From assembly GCA_963730285.1 (NCBI GenBank), contig CAVSQY010000008.1, positions 57,433-121,432 of the forward strand: 64,000 bases of DNA, in the 5' to 3' direction. Each line of letters opens with the position of its first letter. Positions within the stretch are counted from its first letter, which is position 1. Below the pieces are notes generated by a model, which was not told where the DNA came from, searched no databases, and worked only from the letters and a program-made list of their open reading frames with translations. Shown here in pieces: positions 27,935 through 37,508 of this stretch. A program made the position numbers and the translations under genes. This DNA is from an uncultured Actinomycetes bacterium. GTDB lineage: Bacteria > Actinomycetota > Acidimicrobiia > Spongiisociales > ZC4RG35.

Positions 27935-27997
27935 GCGCCGAGTCTAGGGCCGGCGAATCGCCGCTCGGGGCGGGTCTGCCCAATATGATCGTTACAC

Positions 27998-28381
27998 ATG
28001 ACGAGCACAGGCCGATTCGCCACGGCGGTGTCGTGTATCGACGGCCGAATCCAAACCCGGGTCATCGATCAGGTCATGCTCCGCTTCGGGGCTCGCCACG
28101 TCGACAACATCACGGCCCCGGGTGCGGTCAGACACCTGGCCGGCGAGACCACCGACACCGGTGACTTCCTCCTCGAGCACGTCCGTATCGCGATGCAAGC
28201 CCATCAATCGTCCGAAGTGGCGATCATCGCCCACGCCACATGTGCCGGCAACCCTGTGCCCGACGCCAAGCAGAAGGAGCAGCTGCGGGCTGCGACGCAG
28301 CTGGTCGAGGAGCGATTTCCCGGGGCGACGGTCGTGGGTCTCTTCCTCGACCTCAAAACAGGCTTCGAGAAGGTGCGGTAA
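27998..28381 (+). CDS. Small putative beta-type carbonic anhydrase-like protein
   Basis: CIDGR, ITAPG and HATCAG (Cys/His/Cys metal ligands). Confidence 0.75.
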   Translation: MTSTGRFATAVSCIDGRIQTRVIDQVMLRFGARHVDNITAPGAVRHLAGETTDTGDFLLEHVRIAMQAHQSSEVAIIAHATCAGNPVPDAKQKEQLRAATQLVEERFPGATVVGLFLDLKTGFEKVR

Positions 28382-28410
28382 GTTCCTGACGACTACGACC
28401 AAGGGAACAC

Positions 28411-29121
28411 ATGAGTCTTGCCGAACTGTCCGATTCACTGACCGACATGCTGGGTCTGGCCCACGCACCCGTGGCCATCACGTTTCACGACGGAACCCGC
28501 ACCGAGGGCGTGCCCCTGTACGACGCACCAATGACCGAGCCCACCGAAGACGGACGGTCGGGACGGGTGGCGGCTCCCTGCGTCTTTTGGGCTGACGCCC
28601 ACGAGCGCACCTTCGACACGCTCGCCGCCGACCATGGCAACTGCTCGGTCGGCCAATTCACCCACGGCTTCGTCGATGCCGGTGACATCTTGGACCGCAC
28701 CGATGTCGGAACCCTGCTCGAGGTGGGATGGGTGACCATGGAGGCCTTTGCCGGGGTCGCCACCCTCGACAAGCGGCCGGGCGGGGTGCGCTACGGGCCG
28801 CTCGCCGAGAGCCGCTCCGTCCCCGACGTGGTCCTGCTTCGGGTGACACCAAGACAGATGATGGAGATCAACGACGCCGTGGAGGTCGAGTGGTCGGGCA
28901 AACCCCAGTGTCAGATCCTGCCCCGGGCCGCCCAAGATGGTGTCATCGCCGCCTCGATGGGATGTGCCTTGTCCCGGGCCCGGACCGGCATGAGTGACGA
29001 AGAGCTGACCGTGGCCATTCCCGGCAGTCGAGTCGAGGAGTTGGTGGAGGCGTTGACCGGGGTGTGCCGCGCCGATCTCGCCGTGGTCGGCTACGCCGAA
29101 GCGGACCTGGCTCGGTTCTAG
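28411..29121 (+). CDS. DUF169-like Cys-motif protein
   Basis: PVAITF, CVFW, HGNCSVG, YGPL..PDVVL, PQC, SMGCALSRART. Confidence 0.7.
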   Translation: MSLAELSDSLTDMLGLAHAPVAITFHDGTRTEGVPLYDAPMTEPTEDGRSGRVAAPCVFWADAHERTFDTLAADHGNCSVGQFTHGFVDAGDILDRTDVGTLLEVGWVTMEAFAGVATLDKRPGGVRYGPLAESRSVPDVVLLRVTPRQMMEINDAVEVEWSGKPQCQILPRAAQDGVIAASMGCALSRARTGMSDEELTVAIPGSRVEELVEALTGVCRADLAVVGYAEADLARF

Positions 29122-29257
29122 ACCCCTGGCCGGTGTCTGGAAGTCGGCCGCGAAACCCGACGGAACCCAGGCAATAGCTTGTAAACCCTACGTCAGGTCC
29201 GGCAGAAACGGCGTCAGTCGAATCATCCCCACACATCCCTGACGGATCTCTGGTTCT

Positions 29258-29296
29258 TCGTCGTTGGGGAGTTGTAGGGTAGCGAACATATGTTCG
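29258..29296 (+). promoter_or_regulatory. RecA-NDp-like promoter followed by a LexA (SOS) box
   Basis: TCGTCGTTG-N8-TAGGGT (29258-29280); perfect palindrome CGAAC-ATAT-GTTCG (29283-29296) containing the ATG. Confidence 0.8.
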
Positions 29297-29874
29297 GGAG
29301 AGAGATCATGATGCCCTCGAAGACTGGCCCGCTACTACCTCGACCACACGAACACTCCCACCGTCGGGGGGGAGAAACCCCACGTCAACCTGGTCTTGTG
29401 ACCTCAACGCCCTCCAAAGGAGTAGCAGGAGGGTCACATGAGACCATCCCAGGACGAGTGTTGACCGTCACCCAGGTCAGAACCCTGGCCTGCGATGCTT
29501 CGGTCAGCCGGATCGTCTTGGGTGCAGCTTCGGAGATCATCGACATCGGTTGAAGAACCAGAGTCATACCAGCAGCCCTACGTCGAGCGGTCATCACAAG
29601 AGACCGGCATTGCACCTGGAAGAAAGGATGCAACCGGCCCGCCCGGTGGTGTGACATCCACCACGACCAACACTGGGCGAACGGCGGGCAGACCGGCCTC
29701 CACAACTGCCGGCTCCTCTGCCGGTACCACCACACCCTCACCCACCAGCTAGAACAAACCACACGACCACAGGATCGGCAGAGAAGACCACCGATTGGAC
29801 GTCAACCCTGGATGAGCCGACCGATGCGAGATCTGTCAAGAGCCCGGTCGCCCGCCCTCGTCCGACGGGAGTGA
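29290..29874 (+). pseudogene. Internally deleted DUF222/HNH endonuclease (REP13E12-like) remnant
   Basis: LACDA..RIV..DIG*RTR..RRAV..RDRHC..GC..WCDIHH..W..GG.T..N..LLC.YHH; in-frame TGA at 29551; frameshifted DALED/LARYYLDH..GGEKPHV segment. Confidence 0.85.
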
Positions 29875-29903
29875 GACATCCGAAGCTTCAGATCGAGGAT
29901 CAA

Positions 29904-30566
29904 TCAGCGCTTGGGAGGGGGATCCAGGCTGTCGACGGCTTTCGCCCAGCTATCCGGGAGCTCGACCGGGGAGGGGCGGGACATCAGTCTGAGGAAGAGA
30001 TCGGACGCCGTGCCGGAGACCGTTGCCGTGGGCTCGCCGAGCTTGTAATCCCACAAACGCCCGGCGTCGGTGGCGTGCAGACGGATCGGCTCGATGTCAC
30101 CCAGCCGGGGAAGCCACATCGAGGGGAACTCGTCGAGCCCGGCCAGAGCCACCTGTGGTAGGAGGGGTCGCTCCTGGCCGAAAGCCTGCTCGGCGTCCCA
30201 ACGATGGACACCGGTCTCGATCAGCATCCGGTCCTCCCAGAAAGACAGAGTGCAGTTCGGGACGAATCCCCACACCGGCGTCGAGTCGTCGGCGGCCGCC
30301 AGGGCCTCCAACATCGCATCGAGTGTTGCCTCATACCAAACGACCGGGTCTGCCCCTTCGGGTATCGGGGGGGAGGCGACTCGCTCGGTGGGCAACTCGT
30401 TGCATATGAGCGTGGTGCGGCCATGGATAGCGGCCGTGTGTGTCACCAGATCGCCCATCGTCCAACCCGGGTATTGGGGAACCGGCCTTTCCGGGTCTCG
30501 TCGGGCCAGCTGAGCGATTCGGTCACCCTCCACCCGGATCGCGGAAAGCGTCTCAGCCGAGGGCAC
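29904..30566 (-). CDS. Mycothiol-dependent maleylpyruvate isomerase family (DinB-fold) protein
   Basis: [36 protein letters not shown]. Confidence 0.82.
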   Translation of the reverse strand: MPSAETLSAIRVEGDRIAQLARRDPERPVPQYPGWTMGDLVTHTAAIHGRTTLICNELPTERVASPPIPEGADPVVWYEATLDAMLEALAAADDSTPVWGFVPNCTLSFWEDRMLIETGVHRWDAEQAFGQERPLLPQVALAGLDEFPSMWLPRLGDIEPIRLHATDAGRLWDYKLGEPTATVSGTASDLFLRLMSRPSPVELPDSWAKAVDSLDPPPKR

Positions 30567-31476
30567 GGACCATCGCCTCACCCATGTCGGACGGGGTCTG
30601 TGCAATCACGATCCCGGCTTCGGTCATGGCTGCAATCTTGGCCTTTGCCGTGCCCCGGCCACCGGACACAATTGCCCCGGCGTGACCCATGCGCTTGCCG
30701 GCAGGCGCCGTCGTGCCCGCAATGAACCCGGCAACCGGCTTGGACATCTGCGACGAGACGAAGTCGGCAGCCTCCTCCTCGGCCGTCCCTCCTATCTCGC
30801 CGATCATCACCACACCTTCCGTCTCGGGGTCGGCCTCGAACATGGCAAGCACATCGAGGAAGCTGGTGCCATTGACGGGGTCACCGCCGATGCCCACTGC
30901 AGTGGTCTGGCCCAACCCGATGGCAGTGAGCTGATGCACTGCCTCATAGGTGAGCGTGCCGGACCGGGACACGACACCGATGCGGCCGCGCTGATGGATA
31001 TAGCCGGGCATGATCCCGATCTTGCACTCGCCGGGCGTGATGACGCCGGGGCAGTTGGGCCCGATCAGACGGGTGGGCTTGTCGGCCAGATATCGCTTGA
31101 CTTCGACCATGTCGTCCACCGGTATCCCCTCGGTGATGGCGACGACCAAGGCGATGCCGGCCGACGCAGCCTCCATGATGGCGTCGGCGGCGAAGGGCGG
31201 GGGCACATAGACCACAGATGCGTTGGCTCCGGTCTCGGCGACAGCCTCTCGCACCGTGGCGAACACGGGCAACTCGACCGAGTAGCGGTCGGCCCGGCCG
31301 GGGACGCCGGAGTGATCGGTCTCGCCTTCGAACCCAACTGTCGTCCCGGCTCGCGACGGGTGAACCGCCCCAACCATGTTCGTCCCGTAGGCGATTGCCT
31401 TGTCGGTGTGGAACTGCCCTGTCTTCCCCAGACCTTGAATCAGAACCTTGGTTCCCTTGTCGACCAGGATGCTCAT
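30553..31476 (-). CDS. sucD: Succinyl-CoA synthetase alpha subunit
   Basis: [35 protein letters not shown]. Confidence 0.95.
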   Translation of the reverse strand: MSILVDKGTKVLIQGLGKTGQFHTDKAIAYGTNMVGAVHPSRAGTTVGFEGETDHSGVPGRADRYSVELPVFATVREAVAETGANASVVYVPPPFAADAIMEAASAGIALVVAITEGIPVDDMVEVKRYLADKPTRLIGPNCPGVITPGECKIGIMPGYIHQRGRIGVVSRSGTLTYEAVHQLTAIGLGQTTAVGIGGDPVNGTSFLDVLAMFEADPETEGVVMIGEIGGTAEEEAADFVSSQMSKPVAGFIAGTTAPAGKRMGHAGAIVSGGRGTAKAKIAAMTEAGIVIAQTPSDMGEAMVRALG

Positions 31477-32696
31477 CGAGCCAGCTCCACGATCTTCTCT
31501 GCGCCGTCCTTGAGACTGTCGGCCGAAATCACATCCAGACCCGAGTCCTCGATTATCTGTTTGCCCATGTCGACGTTGGTTCCCTCGAGCCGAACCACGA
31601 GCGGGACCTGCAAACCAACCTTCTTCACAGCTGCCACGATCCCTGAGGCGATGACGTCGCACCTCATGATGCCGCCGAAGATGTTCACGAAGATCCCCTT
31701 GACGTTCGGGTCCCTCATGATGATCTGAAAGGCAGTCGTGACCTGCTCCTCGTCGGCGCCACCCCCGACGTCGAGAAAATTGGCGGGCTCGGCACCGACG
31801 TGTTTGATGGTGTCCATGGTGGCCATGGCCAGACCGGCGCCATTGACCAGGCAGCCGATCGTCCCGTCCAACTTGATGTAGTTGAGACCTGACTTCTTGG
31901 CCTCGAGCTCGGCGGGATCTTCCTCGCTCTCATCACGCATGGCGGCCACGTCGGGGTGTCGGAACAAGGCGTTGTCGTCAAAGGCCATCTTGCCGTCGAG
32001 TGCCATCACCCTCCCATCGGTGGTCACGACCAGGGGGTTTATCTCGACCAGGTCCGTGTCCAGCTCGGTGGCCGCCTTGTCCAGCGCCTTGACGAAGGGG
32101 GCAAAATGCTTGCCTGCCTCATCGCTCAAGCCCAGCCCGAACGCCAGCTCTCGTGCCTGAAAGTCGGCCAGCCCGATGGCCGGGTCGATCTCTTCACGCA
32201 GGATCTTCTCCGGGGTCTCCTCGGCGACCTTCTCGATCTCCATCCCGCCTTCCGTCGACGCCATGACAATGTTCCGACCTACAGCACGGTCGAGGAGGAT
32301 GGCCAGATAGAGCTCCCTCTCGATGTCGATCCCCTGCTCCAGATAGACCCGGTTGACCACCTTTCCCTCCGGACCTGTCTGCACCGTCACGAGTGTCGAG
32401 CCGAGCATCTTGGAGGCAAGGTCACGGACTTCAGCCTCCGCCGCCTCAGGCCCACCTTTGATCCCGCCGGTGATGACATTGACTCCACGGACGTCGGGAT
32501 GCTCCTTGAACGTCCCCTTGCCACGTCCGCCTGCGTGGATCTGCGCCTTCAGCACGACTACCGGACTACCCGACTCATCTATCAACGGCCGGACTGCGAC
32601 GACGGCCTCGTCGAGTGTGGTCGCCAGACGTCCGAGCGGGACCGGTATCCCCCTGTCGGCCATGAGCCGCTTGGCCTGGTACTCGTGAATCTTCAA
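31473..32696 (-). CDS. sucC: Succinyl-CoA synthetase beta subunit
   Basis: MKIHEYQAK (TTG start), [37 protein letters not shown]. Confidence 0.95.
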   Translation of the reverse strand: MKIHEYQAKRLMADRGIPVPLGRLATTLDEAVVAVRPLIDESGSPVVVLKAQIHAGGRGKGTFKEHPDVRGVNVITGGIKGGPEAAEAEVRDLASKMLGSTLVTVQTGPEGKVVNRVYLEQGIDIERELYLAILLDRAVGRNIVMASTEGGMEIEKVAEETPEKILREEIDPAIGLADFQARELAFGLGLSDEAGKHFAPFVKALDKAATELDTDLVEINPLVVTTDGRVMALDGKMAFDDNALFRHPDVAAMRDESEEDPAELEAKKSGLNYIKLDGTIGCLVNGAGLAMATMDTIKHVGAEPANFLDVGGGADEEQVTTAFQIIMRDPNVKGIFVNIFGGIMRCDVIASGIVAAVKKVGLQVPLVVRLEGTNVDMGKQIIEDSGLDVISADSLKDGAEKIVELAR

Positions 32697-32711
32697 TGGG
32701 TTCCCTTCTTG

Positions 32712-33107
32712 TCAGACCCTGGACGGGACATTTGCATCCACCCATGCCGTGATCTCATCCAGTGGCGCTCCGGGGGTGAAGATCACTGCCAACCCTGCAT
32801 CGAGCAGGTCCTGGAAATCCGCCTCGGGGATCACACCTCCCCCGAACACCACCGTTTCCCCGGCGGAACGCTCCTGCAGCTCCTCCACCACCTGGGGAAA
32901 CAGGGTTCGATGTGCGCCGGACAACGACGAGAGCCCTACTGCATCGACATCCTCCTGGACCGCAGTCTCTGCGATTTGGGCCGGCGTCTGGTGTAGACCG
33001 GAGTAGATGACCTCGAACCCAGCGTCCCGCAAAGCCCTTGCGATCACCTTTGCCCCGCGATCGTGGCCGTCGAGACCTGGCTTGGCGATGAGGATCCTTC
33101 GAGGCAT
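32712..33107 (-). CDS. Stand-alone cobalamin-binding subunit of an acyl-CoA mutase
   Basis: AKPGLDGHDRGAKVIARALRDAGFEVIY, GLSSLSGAH, GGVIP. Confidence 0.93.
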   Translation of the reverse strand: MPRRILIAKPGLDGHDRGAKVIARALRDAGFEVIYSGLHQTPAQIAETAVQEDVDAVGLSSLSGAHRTLFPQVVEELQERSAGETVVFGGGVIPEADFQDLLDAGLAVIFTPGAPLDEITAWVDANVPSRV

Positions 33108-33134
33108 GCCGGCAGGCAAGGGTAGTGCGGTAGT

Positions 33135-33644
33135 TCAGGATCGATAATTCTGCTGGTCGGGGTGGGGGCCGGCAGGGCCAACATCCCCCTTGGGCATATA
33201 CAGATCCCGAGGCGGCTCCAATCTCACCGGCTCCCAGGGGGTCTGATCGGAATCGCAGTCCCCCGCCACCACCGATGTCGATCCCTCATCCACGGAAACC
33301 GAATGACATGTCATCTCGATTCGGAGAGGGGCGGTGGCCTCACGATCCTGGGTCCGGTCTTCGTAGACCTTCACCAGGTTCGGCCCGATACGTCTGACGA
33401 TGTCATAGACCGGATCTCCCTCTGAGGTGAGATGGGCAGCCACGATCTCGACGGCGCGGCCGACCGCGACCGCATCGGAAAAACAGGATCGAGCATCTGG
33501 ATCGTCCGCCAGACCGCAATAGGCCATCTCGACACCGCTCTCAGGTCTCGGATAACCCAATAGCCGTGAGGCGTACCCGGGTGGCGTGGCGGAAGAGCAC
33601 GACATCACAAAGAGGACGAGAACCGTCAGCAGAGAGATCCTCAC
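33135..33644 (-). CDS. Hypothetical lipoprotein (DUF4362-like)
   Basis: Lipobox-like VMSC, TSEGDP motif, paired Cys; GTGA overlap with upstream gene. Confidence 0.6.
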   Translation of the reverse strand: MRISLLTVLVLFVMSCSSATPPGYASRLLGYPRPESGVEMAYCGLADDPDARSCFSDAVAVGRAVEIVAAHLTSEGDPVYDIVRRIGPNLVKVYEDRTQDREATAPLRIEMTCHSVSVDEGSTSVVAGDCDSDQTPWEPVRLEPPRDLYMPKGDVGPAGPHPDQQNYRS

Positions 33645-34267
33645 TGCTGAGCCAAGCGCCACTTTGCCCAATCATCGAGGTGCTCCAGCTGAAAGTCGGC
33701 GCAGGCGACATCACGCACGGGTGTCGCATAACAGACATCGTTGTATTCGATTGCCAGACCTTCGATCAACATGAAGTTGGCAAAGCTGCCGTCTATCTCC
33801 GGATCGAGCGGGTAGTCGTCCCGATTGAAATTGGTGCTGATCACGGCCACCCGGCCTTCGTTCACCTCAAAGCTGACTGGGACCACGATCGGGTGACGAT
33901 CGATGGCCTCATTCAGGTCGTTCGAGTAGGACATGTCGCAGGCGAGCAACGACCCGACCTTGTGACAACTCACGATTCGGGCCTGCGCGCCGATGGCTCC
34001 CTGATAGCGGATCTCATCGTCGGGGATGTCGATCCCACGGGCGGCCGGGACAGACAGCAGAAGGCGCCTCGCCTCGGCCACATCACCACCAAACCATGCC
34101 GCAACCGTGTCGGCGACCAACTCCTGCTCGTCGAGAGGTCGAGAGCCCTGGTTGCCGAAGTAGACGAGAGTGGCGACTGCGACCAAGCCCAAAAGCACGA
34201 CCCCGATCAGAGGCGCTCGTGAGCGGCGTTGCCGGGATTCGAGCGGACGATCAACCTCGACGCTCAT
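33641..34267 (-). CDS. Hypothetical membrane-anchored protein
   Basis: One N-terminal TM helix then a soluble domain; coupled to the downstream ORF. Confidence 0.6.
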   Translation of the reverse strand: MSVEVDRPLESRQRRSRAPLIGVVLLGLVAVATLVYFGNQGSRPLDEQELVADTVAAWFGGDVAEARRLLLSVPAARGIDIPDDEIRYQGAIGAQARIVSCHKVGSLLACDMSYSNDLNEAIDRHPIVVPVSFEVNEGRVAVISTNFNRDDYPLDPEIDGSFANFMLIEGLAIEYNDVCYATPVRDVACADFQLEHLDDWAKWRLAQQ

Positions 34268-34387
34268 CTGAGCCCAGCCAATAAAAGAGCCTGCAATGCC
34301 GAATCATCCCGCTTCGTCACCATCATGAGACCCCGCGCTGCCGCGTTGCCCGATTCTATGCGATGCCAACTCCCCTAGCCTGGGGGC

Positions 34388-35485
34388 ATGAGCTCTTCCA
34401 ATCTTCACGGGCTCGCCGCCGCCGGCGTCTCCGTCTGGTCGGATCAGATCTCCCGAGCCATGCTGGACAGCGGTGAGTTGAAGCGGAGAATCGAGGAGGA
34501 CGCCGTCACAGGTGTCACCTCGAACCCCACGATCTTCGCCAAGGCCATCGGCGAGTCGACCGACTACGACGCTGATCTCGCTGAGGTGAAGGCGGCAGGG
34601 TTGCCCGACGAGGAGATCGTCAAGAGTCTCATGGCCACCGACATCCAGCGAGCCTGCGACACGCTTCGCGAGGTCTTCAACCGGACCGAAGGGCGCGACG
34701 GATTCGTCTCGGTTGAGGTCTCCCCCACTTTGGCAAGAGACACCGAGGCGACCATCGAGGAAGCCCGAGACTGGGTGAAGCAGATCGACAGGCGCAACCT
34801 GCTGGTCAAAGTGCCTGCCACCGCCGAGGGGATCCCAGCGATAAGACGCTTGATCGGAGAGGGCATTTCGGTGAACGTGACCCTGATCTTCGGGTTGGAG
34901 CGCTATCGCGGGGTGATCGACGCCTACCTCGGCGGTCTCGAGGACTTCAGCGCAGCCGGAGGCCGGTTGTCCGCCGTTGCCTCGGTGGCCTCTTTCTTCG
35001 TCTCCCGTTTCGATTCCGAGGTCGACCCGCGTCTCGAGGCCCTGGAGTCGGAAGATGCATCCTCGCTTCAAGGAAAGACGGCAGTGGCCAACGCACGGGC
35101 CGCATACGGAATCTTCCTCCGGGAGTTCGCCACCACCCGTTTTGGCCTTCTCTCTGGCAAAGGCGCAAGGCTGCAACGGCCGCTGTGGGCGTCGACTTCG
35201 ACCAAGAACCCGGCTTACTCCGACCTCCTTTATGTCGAGGAGCTGGTCGCCCCCGACACGGTCAACACGATGCCACTCGATACCATTGACGCCTATCAGG
35301 ATCATGGAAGGCCCAGCCCCAGGGAGTTCAACGAATTCGACATCGAACAGGCCAACAAGGACCTGGCGCGATTACAGCACCTCGGCGTCGACTACCAGGA
35401 GGTGGTCCAAGTCCTGGAAGACGAAGGCGTCGAGAAGTTCACCAAGAGCTGGATCGAGCTCCTCGACCGGGTCCGTCAGGCCTGA
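34388..35485 (+). CDS. tal: Transaldolase
   Basis: GVTSNPTIF, VSVEVSP, VKVPAT, VNVTLIF, ASFFVSR, LWASTSTKNP; leaderless (TAGCCT + 6 nt + ATG). Confidence 0.95.
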   Translation: MSSSNLHGLAAAGVSVWSDQISRAMLDSGELKRRIEEDAVTGVTSNPTIFAKAIGESTDYDADLAEVKAAGLPDEEIVKSLMATDIQRACDTLREVFNRTEGRDGFVSVEVSPTLARDTEATIEEARDWVKQIDRRNLLVKVPATAEGIPAIRRLIGEGISVNVTLIFGLERYRGVIDAYLGGLEDFSAAGGRLSAVASVASFFVSRFDSEVDPRLEALESEDASSLQGKTAVANARAAYGIFLREFATTRFGLLSGKGARLQRPLWASTSTKNPAYSDLLYVEELVAPDTVNTMPLDTIDAYQDHGRPSPREFNEFDIEQANKDLARLQHLGVDYQEVVQVLEDEGVEKFTKSWIELLDRVRQA

Positions 35486-35503
35486 TCCGACCATCGGCGG
35501 GGT

Positions 35504-35530
35504 GGAACCAACCCATCACTTCCGACGTCA
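35504..35530 (+). promoter_or_regulatory. ECF-sigma-type promoter GGAAC-N17-CGTCA
   Basis: Matches the GGAAC-N16-18-CGTC ECF pattern; ends 8 nt before the lipoprotein ATG. Confidence 0.55.
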
Positions 35531-35538
35531 AAAGATGC

Positions 35539-36720
35539 ATGAAGGTAGGCGTCGGCGTATTGGCACTTGCGATGCTATGCGCTGCCTGTGGTCTCGACAC
35601 TGCCTCCCAAGTCGCCCCAACCTCCTCGACCGAGCTTCCCCGTCAGAGACCGGCCGGATCCGTTGAGGTCGTCATTACCGCCACACCCGTGGCTGGATCG
35701 GACGGATCGGTCGAATTGTGCCCGCCTGGCATGACCGGCAAATGCCCCGGCATACAACTCGACGGCGAGCTGCCCTCGGGCCTTTTGTCCGACGAGTCGA
35801 CGACCAAATTGGTTCAGGTGACGGGTTGGTACGACGGCGCCGCCATCGTGCCAACCTCCGATCCCGTCGAAGTCGAGTATCCGCCTGCAGACCAACCTGA
35901 CTTCTCATCGTTGTGCCCGGACATGAGGGGCACCGCATCTGTCAATCCTGACGATGCGGTCACGGAGGCCCTTGCCGACTACGTCGCCGATCGGGCCGAC
36001 TATGCCGCCATGTGGTGGGATCCGGAGTCGGCAGTCATGACCGTCTGGTTCGTGGGAGACGACGTCTCCGACCAAGCTGGCGCGATCGCCGAGCTGGTGG
36101 CGGATGAGCCGGTCTGCGTGGCCGGTGGGGCGGCCTTCTCCGAATCCGAGTTGATGGAGGCAGCGGATCTGCTCAACGGAGTGCGCGACAGCCGGGGACT
36201 GCCGCTGGCCACTTTCGGATATGCCGTAGGAGGAAGGTCAAATCGCATAGAGGTCCCTGTCGAAGGTCTGGACACACAGACCCGCCGGGCAATTGCCGAT
36301 CTCGTGGGAGATCGTGTCGCCCTATACCCCTTTCTGGAGATTCTGGGATCGTCGCTCGCCGACCTTCCCGAGCCGGTCCCGGTAGTCCCGGGAGACGTCG
36401 AGTTGCTGACCAGCCGGGTTAGGTCCGGTGGGGGAATGCTCGCCCTTGGCCAATTCCGAGTTGAGCACGATCCTGACCTGAACTGTGTCTACTTCCCGGG
36501 CGACGATTCAGGCGATGGCGGGCGCACTGTCCCCGTCTGGCCATTCGGATACTCAGCCACCGCTTCTCCGCTGACCATCTACGACTACGACGGCGAAATG
36601 ATCGCTGGGGAGGGCGACACCATCGAGCTGGGCGGCGGGTTCGTCGATCTCGATTTCCTCGACCAAATGGCCGGAGCCAACGCTTGTGGGGCCACCGGGG
36701 CCTGGATCGTCAACGTCTGA
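35539..36720 (+). CDS. Hypothetical acidic lipoprotein
   Basis: MK + hydrophobic stretch + lipobox CAAC; 393-aa ORF. Confidence 0.7.
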   Translation: MKVGVGVLALAMLCAACGLDTASQVAPTSSTELPRQRPAGSVEVVITATPVAGSDGSVELCPPGMTGKCPGIQLDGELPSGLLSDESTTKLVQVTGWYDGAAIVPTSDPVEVEYPPADQPDFSSLCPDMRGTASVNPDDAVTEALADYVADRADYAAMWWDPESAVMTVWFVGDDVSDQAGAIAELVADEPVCVAGGAAFSESELMEAADLLNGVRDSRGLPLATFGYAVGGRSNRIEVPVEGLDTQTRRAIADLVGDRVALYPFLEILGSSLADLPEPVPVVPGDVELLTSRVRSGGGMLALGQFRVEHDPDLNCVYFPGDDSGDGGRTVPVWPFGYSATASPLTIYDYDGEMIAGEGDTIELGGGFVDLDFLDQMAGANACGATGAWIVNV

Positions 36721-36738
36721 GCCGCCATACTCGAGGAA

Positions 36739-37383
36739 ATGATCCTCACTCGACTCGGCCATGCCACCCTTCTCCTCGAGACATCCGACGCTCGGATGCT
36801 CATCGACCCCGGCGGCTTCTCGGATCGCTGGCACGGGCTCACCGATCTCGATGCGATCCTCATCACCCACCAACATTCGGATCACTTCGACAAGGACAAT
36901 GTCACGCCACTCATCGCCACAAACCCCAAGGCAAAGGTGCTGGTCGAGCCGGCCGTCGTCGAGATGATCACCAGCTCGGCAGCTCGCGCGGCACAGGTGA
37001 GCTCTTCGGTCGAGATCGGCGATTGCACTATCGATGTCGTCGGCGGCGACCACACGCTGATACACGAGAAGATCCCCAGAATCGGAAATGTCGGGTTTGT
37101 GATAACCGAGTCGGGGAGCTCCCGGGTCTTTCATCCGGGTGACTCCTACGGGACCGCGCCCGAAGGGGTGGACCTCCTCGCCCTCCCGATCACGGCTCCT
37201 TGGGCCAAGGTCGGAGAGACCATCGACTTCGCCGTCCGAGTCGGGGCCCCGAGGATGATCCCGATACACGACGCCATCATCAGCCCGATCGGACGGCCCA
37301 TCTACATGCGCATGTGCTCCAGCGTCATCGGAGACGAGATCGAGCTGGACGACCCCGAGGTCGGCCAGCAGTACACGCTCTGA
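36739..37383 (+). CDS. MBL-fold metallo-hydrolase (UlaG-like)
   Basis: LGHA, IDPG, THQHSDH, HPGDS, PIHD. Confidence 0.88.
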   Translation: MILTRLGHATLLLETSDARMLIDPGGFSDRWHGLTDLDAILITHQHSDHFDKDNVTPLIATNPKAKVLVEPAVVEMITSSAARAAQVSSSVEIGDCTIDVVGGDHTLIHEKIPRIGNVGFVITESGSSRVFHPGDSYGTAPEGVDLLALPITAPWAKVGETIDFAVRVGAPRMIPIHDAIISPIGRPIYMRMCSSVIGDEIELDDPEVGQQYTL

Positions 37384-37508
37384 AAGCGTCTACATTCCAC
37401 GCCTGTGTCAGAACACGCCGACAAGGGCCTTGTCTTGGGAGCATCCGACCGAGCACCGGATCCTTGGTCGCTGACGAACGTTCCCTGGCCCGCATCGGTT
37501 GACGATCG

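Noticed and set aside
29551-29553. In-frame TGA as selenocysteine or programmed readthrough
   Set aside because: It falls at an Arg position (DIGRRTR-type motif, CGA>TGA) in a gene that also has frameshifts and a large deletion.
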